This document shows positions 61,129 to 64,000 of a stretch of 64,000 nt of DNA, piece by piece. The DNA is from Chloroflexota bacterium (GTDB lineage Bacteria > Chloroflexota > Limnocylindria > Limnocylindrales > CSP1-4), in NCBI GenBank assembly GCA_027364875.1, contig DAHXON010000009.1, forward strand, positions 913 to 64,912, written 5' to 3'. Position 1 is the stretch's first letter; every line of letters starts with the position of its first letter. Made by a program: the position numbers and the translations under genes. The notes beneath the pieces were generated by a model. The model was not told where the DNA came from. It saw only the letters and a list, made by a program, of their open reading frames with translations, and searched no databases.

Positions 61129-61331
61129 AAACGGTCGGCATCGGGCTCATCAGGCTCTATCGCCGCTTGTTTGCCTGGCGTCCATCCGTCTGCCGGTACG
61201 AACCCACCTGCTCGGTGTATACGGAGCAGGCAATCGCCAAATACGGCCTGATCCGAGGGAGTTGGATGGGAATGCGTCGAATCGCCCGCTGCCACCCGTG
61301 GAGCAAGGGTGGATACGACCCTGTCCGCTGA
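61125..61331 (+). CDS. yidD: membrane protein insertion efficiency factor YidD
   Basis: 68 aa; GTGA overlap with rnpA; [29 protein letters not shown]. Confidence 0.9.
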   Translation: MKTVGIGLIRLYRRLFAWRPSVCRYEPTCSVYTEQAIAKYGLIRGSWMGMRRIARCHPWSKGGYDPVR

Positions 61332-61332
61332 G

Positions 61333-62580
61333 ATGACCTCCCCCGCCTCCGGCCGACACTCCCGGTCACGCGCCCGGTGGGTCGTGCTGGGTCTCTTCCT
61401 GGCGCTTCTGGCGCTGGCCGTCGTCGCCTGCGGCACCGCGGCAACGAGCAGCCCCTCCCAGAACGCCTCGCCCGCCGCCGCACAGGCCGGCCAAACGGCC
61501 GTGCCGGGCGCAAGCGCGGTGAGCTCTCCCGCGCCGACGGCCACGCCCGAGCCCCTCATGGCCGCCCAGCCCACGGATCTCTGGGGTCTGGTCAACTGGG
61601 CCTTCACCCCCATCTTCCAGGCGCTGCTCATCATCCTGGTGGACATCTATGCCGTAACCGGCAACGTCCTGATAGCGATCGTCGTTCTGACCCTGCTGAT
61701 TCGCCTGCTCACCTACCGGTTGTCGGCGCGGCAGCTGGTGAGCCAGAAGCGGATGCAGATGCTCCAGCCGGAGCTCCGGACGCTCAACAAGGAGCTGGAG
61801 AAGCGCTACAAGGGCGACCGGGCGACGATGATGCAGGCCCAACAGGCGTTCTACAAGGAACGCGGGGTCAGCCCCACGGCCGGCTGCCTGCCGGCGTTTC
61901 TCCAGATGGGAATGCTCATTCCCATGTACTCGGTCATCCGGATCGGATTGACCAACTTCGACCCGAGCTCCATGTTCAAGGTGTTCGGGCTGCCGGTGGT
62001 GCCGCTCACCTGCCCCAACCCCGCCCACTACACCAACGGCGTGCTGGACAAGGCTTTGCCCTGCATCAACACCGTGGTGGCGGGCGTGGACATGGGCAAG
62101 GAGCAGGTCCTGTTCAACCTGCCGATCCTGGGCTTCACGCTCGGGGTCAGCATCCTGGCGATCATCGCCGCGCTCTTGCAGCTGATCCAGAGCCGGATGA
62201 TGATGCCCCCTGCCGTCGAGAACGATCCGTCGGCGAGCACGCAGCGGACCATGATGATCATGATGCCGCTCTTCTCGCTCCTCTATGGCGGCATCCTTCC
62301 CGCAGGCCTGTTCATCTACTGGATCGCCACGTCCCTGTTCTCGATCGTCCAGCAGTTCCTGATCATCGGCTGGGGAAGCATGTTCCCGATCTTCGGTTGG
62401 GATCCGGCCTTCGCCCGCGGCTACACGCCCAGGTTCCCTGTCACCATGCCCACAGTGGCGGAGTCGGGGAAATCGCTGGCGGCCACTCGGTTCAAGCCCG
62501 ACGAGCGCCGCGCCTCCGCGGCCTCCACTGTCCGCCCAAATACTCACCGGCGAGCCAGCCGGCGAGGGAGACGACGCTGA
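61333..62580 (+). CDS. yidC: YidC/Oxa1-family membrane insertase (lipoprotein type)
   Basis: 415 aa from the ATG 1 nt after the yidD stop; lipobox LAVVAC; LTYRLSARQLVSQKRMQMLQPEL, GCLPAFLQMGMLIPMY, PAGLFIYWIATSLFSIVQQ. Confidence 0.9.
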   Translation: MTSPASGRHSRSRARWVVLGLFLALLALAVVACGTAATSSPSQNASPAAAQAGQTAVPGASAVSSPAPTATPEPLMAAQPTDLWGLVNWAFTPIFQALLIILVDIYAVTGNVLIAIVVLTLLIRLLTYRLSARQLVSQKRMQMLQPELRTLNKELEKRYKGDRATMMQAQQAFYKERGVSPTAGCLPAFLQMGMLIPMYSVIRIGLTNFDPSSMFKVFGLPVVPLTCPNPAHYTNGVLDKALPCINTVVAGVDMGKEQVLFNLPILGFTLGVSILAIIAALLQLIQSRMMMPPAVENDPSASTQRTMMIMMPLFSLLYGGILPAGLFIYWIATSLFSIVQQFLIIGWGSMFPIFGWDPAFARGYTPRFPVTMPTVAESGKSLAATRFKPDERRASAASTVRPNTHRRASRRGRRR

Positions 62581-62581
62581 A

Positions 62582-63691
62582 ATGACTGCCTATCGCGACG
62601 CATACCGCGAATTCACCGGAAAGTCCGTCGAAGAAGCCCTTCGCGGCGCCAGGGAAGAGTTCGGAGTCGGCCTCGACGAGCTCGACTTCGAGATCCTGAC
62701 CCCGGGCAGCCGGGGAGTGCTCGGCATGGGCGCCGAGCCGGCCAGAGTCCTCGCGGCGCCCCGGTCGCTGCTTGGAGGATCGGCCCCCAAGCGCGAGGCG
62801 GCGGCCCAGGTGCCGCTGCCGGCGCCGGTGCACTACCGTGAGGAGCGCCCGCGCCACGACCGAGACTTCGGGCACGACCGCGACCGCGACCGCGGCCCGC
62901 GGCCTCCGTTCAGGGAAGATCGCGCCGGGAGCGGCCACTTCGATCGGCCGCGTCCTGCCGTCGGCGGTTTCTCCGGCCCGCGTCCGGAGCACGCCTCGGT
63001 GGATCGGCCTCCGCGCCCGGCCGTCGGACGTCCCGATCGTGCCCCAGGCGGCCGTCCGGATCAGGGCCCGCGCCCGAGTGGCGGACGCCCGGACCGCGGC
63101 CCGCGCCGCGATGACCGCCGACCTCCCCAGGCCGGTCTGACGGCCAAGGAGCTCGCGGAAGTTGCCGCCGCGCGGATCAATCCCCATCAGGAGCGGCCCG
63201 AGTCGGCCGAGGTCTCGCCCGAGGCGATGGCCGCGGCCAAGGAGATACTCGAGCAGCTGATGGCCCACCTCGAGTTCGACGTCAAGGTGGAGATCAAGCC
63301 GGGCGAGACCAATCGCCTCAACGTTTCCGGCGAGGGTGACGAGAAGGAAGTCCTCGGAGCTCTCATCGGCCGCAAGGGCGAGCGCCTCTCGGCCCTCCAG
63401 CATCTCGTCAACCTGCTCCTGTCCAAGAAGGTCGGCGAGTGGACTCGCATTCTCGTCGACGTCGAGGATTACCGCGGCCGTCGTGAGCGCCAGCTCCGCG
63501 ACCTGGCCAATCGCGCCGCCGAGCGCGTCATGCAGACCGGCAAGATGCTCCAGCTCGAGCCGATGCCGGCTCTGGAACGCCGCTGGATCCACCTCGCCCT
63601 GCGCGATCACGATCGAGTCGCGACCCAGTCGATCGGCGAAGAGCCGAATCGCCGCGTGGTTGTACTGCCCCGTGAGGTTCAGCAGGGGTAG
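62582..63691 (+). CDS. khpB: Jag/KhpB-type RNA-binding protein (Jag_N, KH, R3H) with a long Arg/Pro/Asp-rich linker
   Basis: 369 aa, ATG 1 nt after the yidC stop; FTGKSVEEALRGAREEFGV, LIGRKGERLSALQHLVN (KH GxxG), PMPALERRWIHLAL (R3H). Confidence 0.88.
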   Translation: MTAYRDAYREFTGKSVEEALRGAREEFGVGLDELDFEILTPGSRGVLGMGAEPARVLAAPRSLLGGSAPKREAAAQVPLPAPVHYREERPRHDRDFGHDRDRDRGPRPPFREDRAGSGHFDRPRPAVGGFSGPRPEHASVDRPPRPAVGRPDRAPGGRPDQGPRPSGGRPDRGPRRDDRRPPQAGLTAKELAEVAAARINPHQERPESAEVSPEAMAAAKEILEQLMAHLEFDVKVEIKPGETNRLNVSGEGDEKEVLGALIGRKGERLSALQHLVNLLLSKKVGEWTRILVDVEDYRGRRERQLRDLANRAAERVMQTGKMLQLEPMPALERRWIHLALRDHDRVATQSIGEEPNRRVVVLPREVQQG

Positions 63692-63927
63692 GGCTACTTG
63701 TCCTGGTGATTTGCGGGAGTATCGGCACGTTGCCCCGAAGCATTCGGGGGGTGGCGCGGTCCGCGCATCAGGACCACGATTCGGCGGCTCGCCGCCGGAA
63801 GGCGTAACGGAGCCCAACGGCTGAGCGTCACCACGACGCCGCGAATTTATGGCTGCGGCTCGTGTGCCCACGCCGTCACTTCCCCGCCGCCCGGGTCCGC
63901 CGATGGGGGCGCAAATAAGGAACGCAA

Positions 63928-64000
63928 ATGACCTCGGATCCCTTCGACCCGTTCGAGCCAAAGGAGCAGACCAAGTCTTCCTCCTTCCGCGCTCGCACGG
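63928..64000 (+). CDS. 5' end of an unidentified CDS running off the window
   Basis: ATG at 63928 preceded by AAGGAA; MTSDPFDPFEPKEQTKSSSFRART...; too short to classify. Confidence 0.2.
   Translation, partial: MTSDPFDPFEPKEQTKSSSFRART

Overview
GC-rich, origin-proximal chromosomal segment from a Gram-positive-type bacterium (Actinomycetota/Chloroflexota-like gene content). Because of the GC bias all six frames carry long spurious Arg/Pro/Gly-rich ORFs, so calls rest on recognisable motifs, composition and start/stop coupling. Left to right: cupin, purH, folK, a membrane-anchored propeller-like protein, a MidA/NDUFAF7-type methyltransferase and a polytopic membrane protein. Next is a 15.7-kb nuo (complex I) operon ordered A-B-C-D-H-[I(N)-E-like]-[F-like]-[G-like/GltD/I(C)]-J-K-L-M-N. 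Then an intergenic 81-bp tandem repeat, a sortase-like protein, corA, a DHA2-type MFS pump, lipoproteins and an HTH-less LacI-type sensor protein. An ArsR-led phosphatidylinositol/PIM operon follows (PIP synthase, ino1, two LpxL/PatA-type acyltransferases, a PHP phosphoesterase, pimA-like GT4). Next to it is a glycosylation island with a roughly 2100-2230-aa dual GT-C fusion protein, two more GT-C enzymes and a polyprenol-phosphate sugar synthase (GT2). The window ends with the replication-origin neighbourhood: bifunctional nuclease, a PP2C-like/TM/propeller protein, DUF721 (DciA-like), recF, dnaN, dnaA | rpmH, rnpA, yidD, yidC, jag. No tRNA, rRNA, CRISPR array or mobile element was seen. Most notable: (1) nuoI appears split, with a NuoE/NuoF/NuoG-like cassette carrying an intact GltD-type flavoprotein module sitting between its two ferredoxin half-motifs, while the NuoE/NuoF-like cofactor motifs are degenerate. 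(2) The giant fused GT-C mannosyltransferase has a propeller-like insertion and lies beside the PI/PIM operon. (3) recF has no canonical start codon upstream of its Walker A motif. (4) A DnaA-box cluster plus AT-rich tract lies between dnaA and dnaN.
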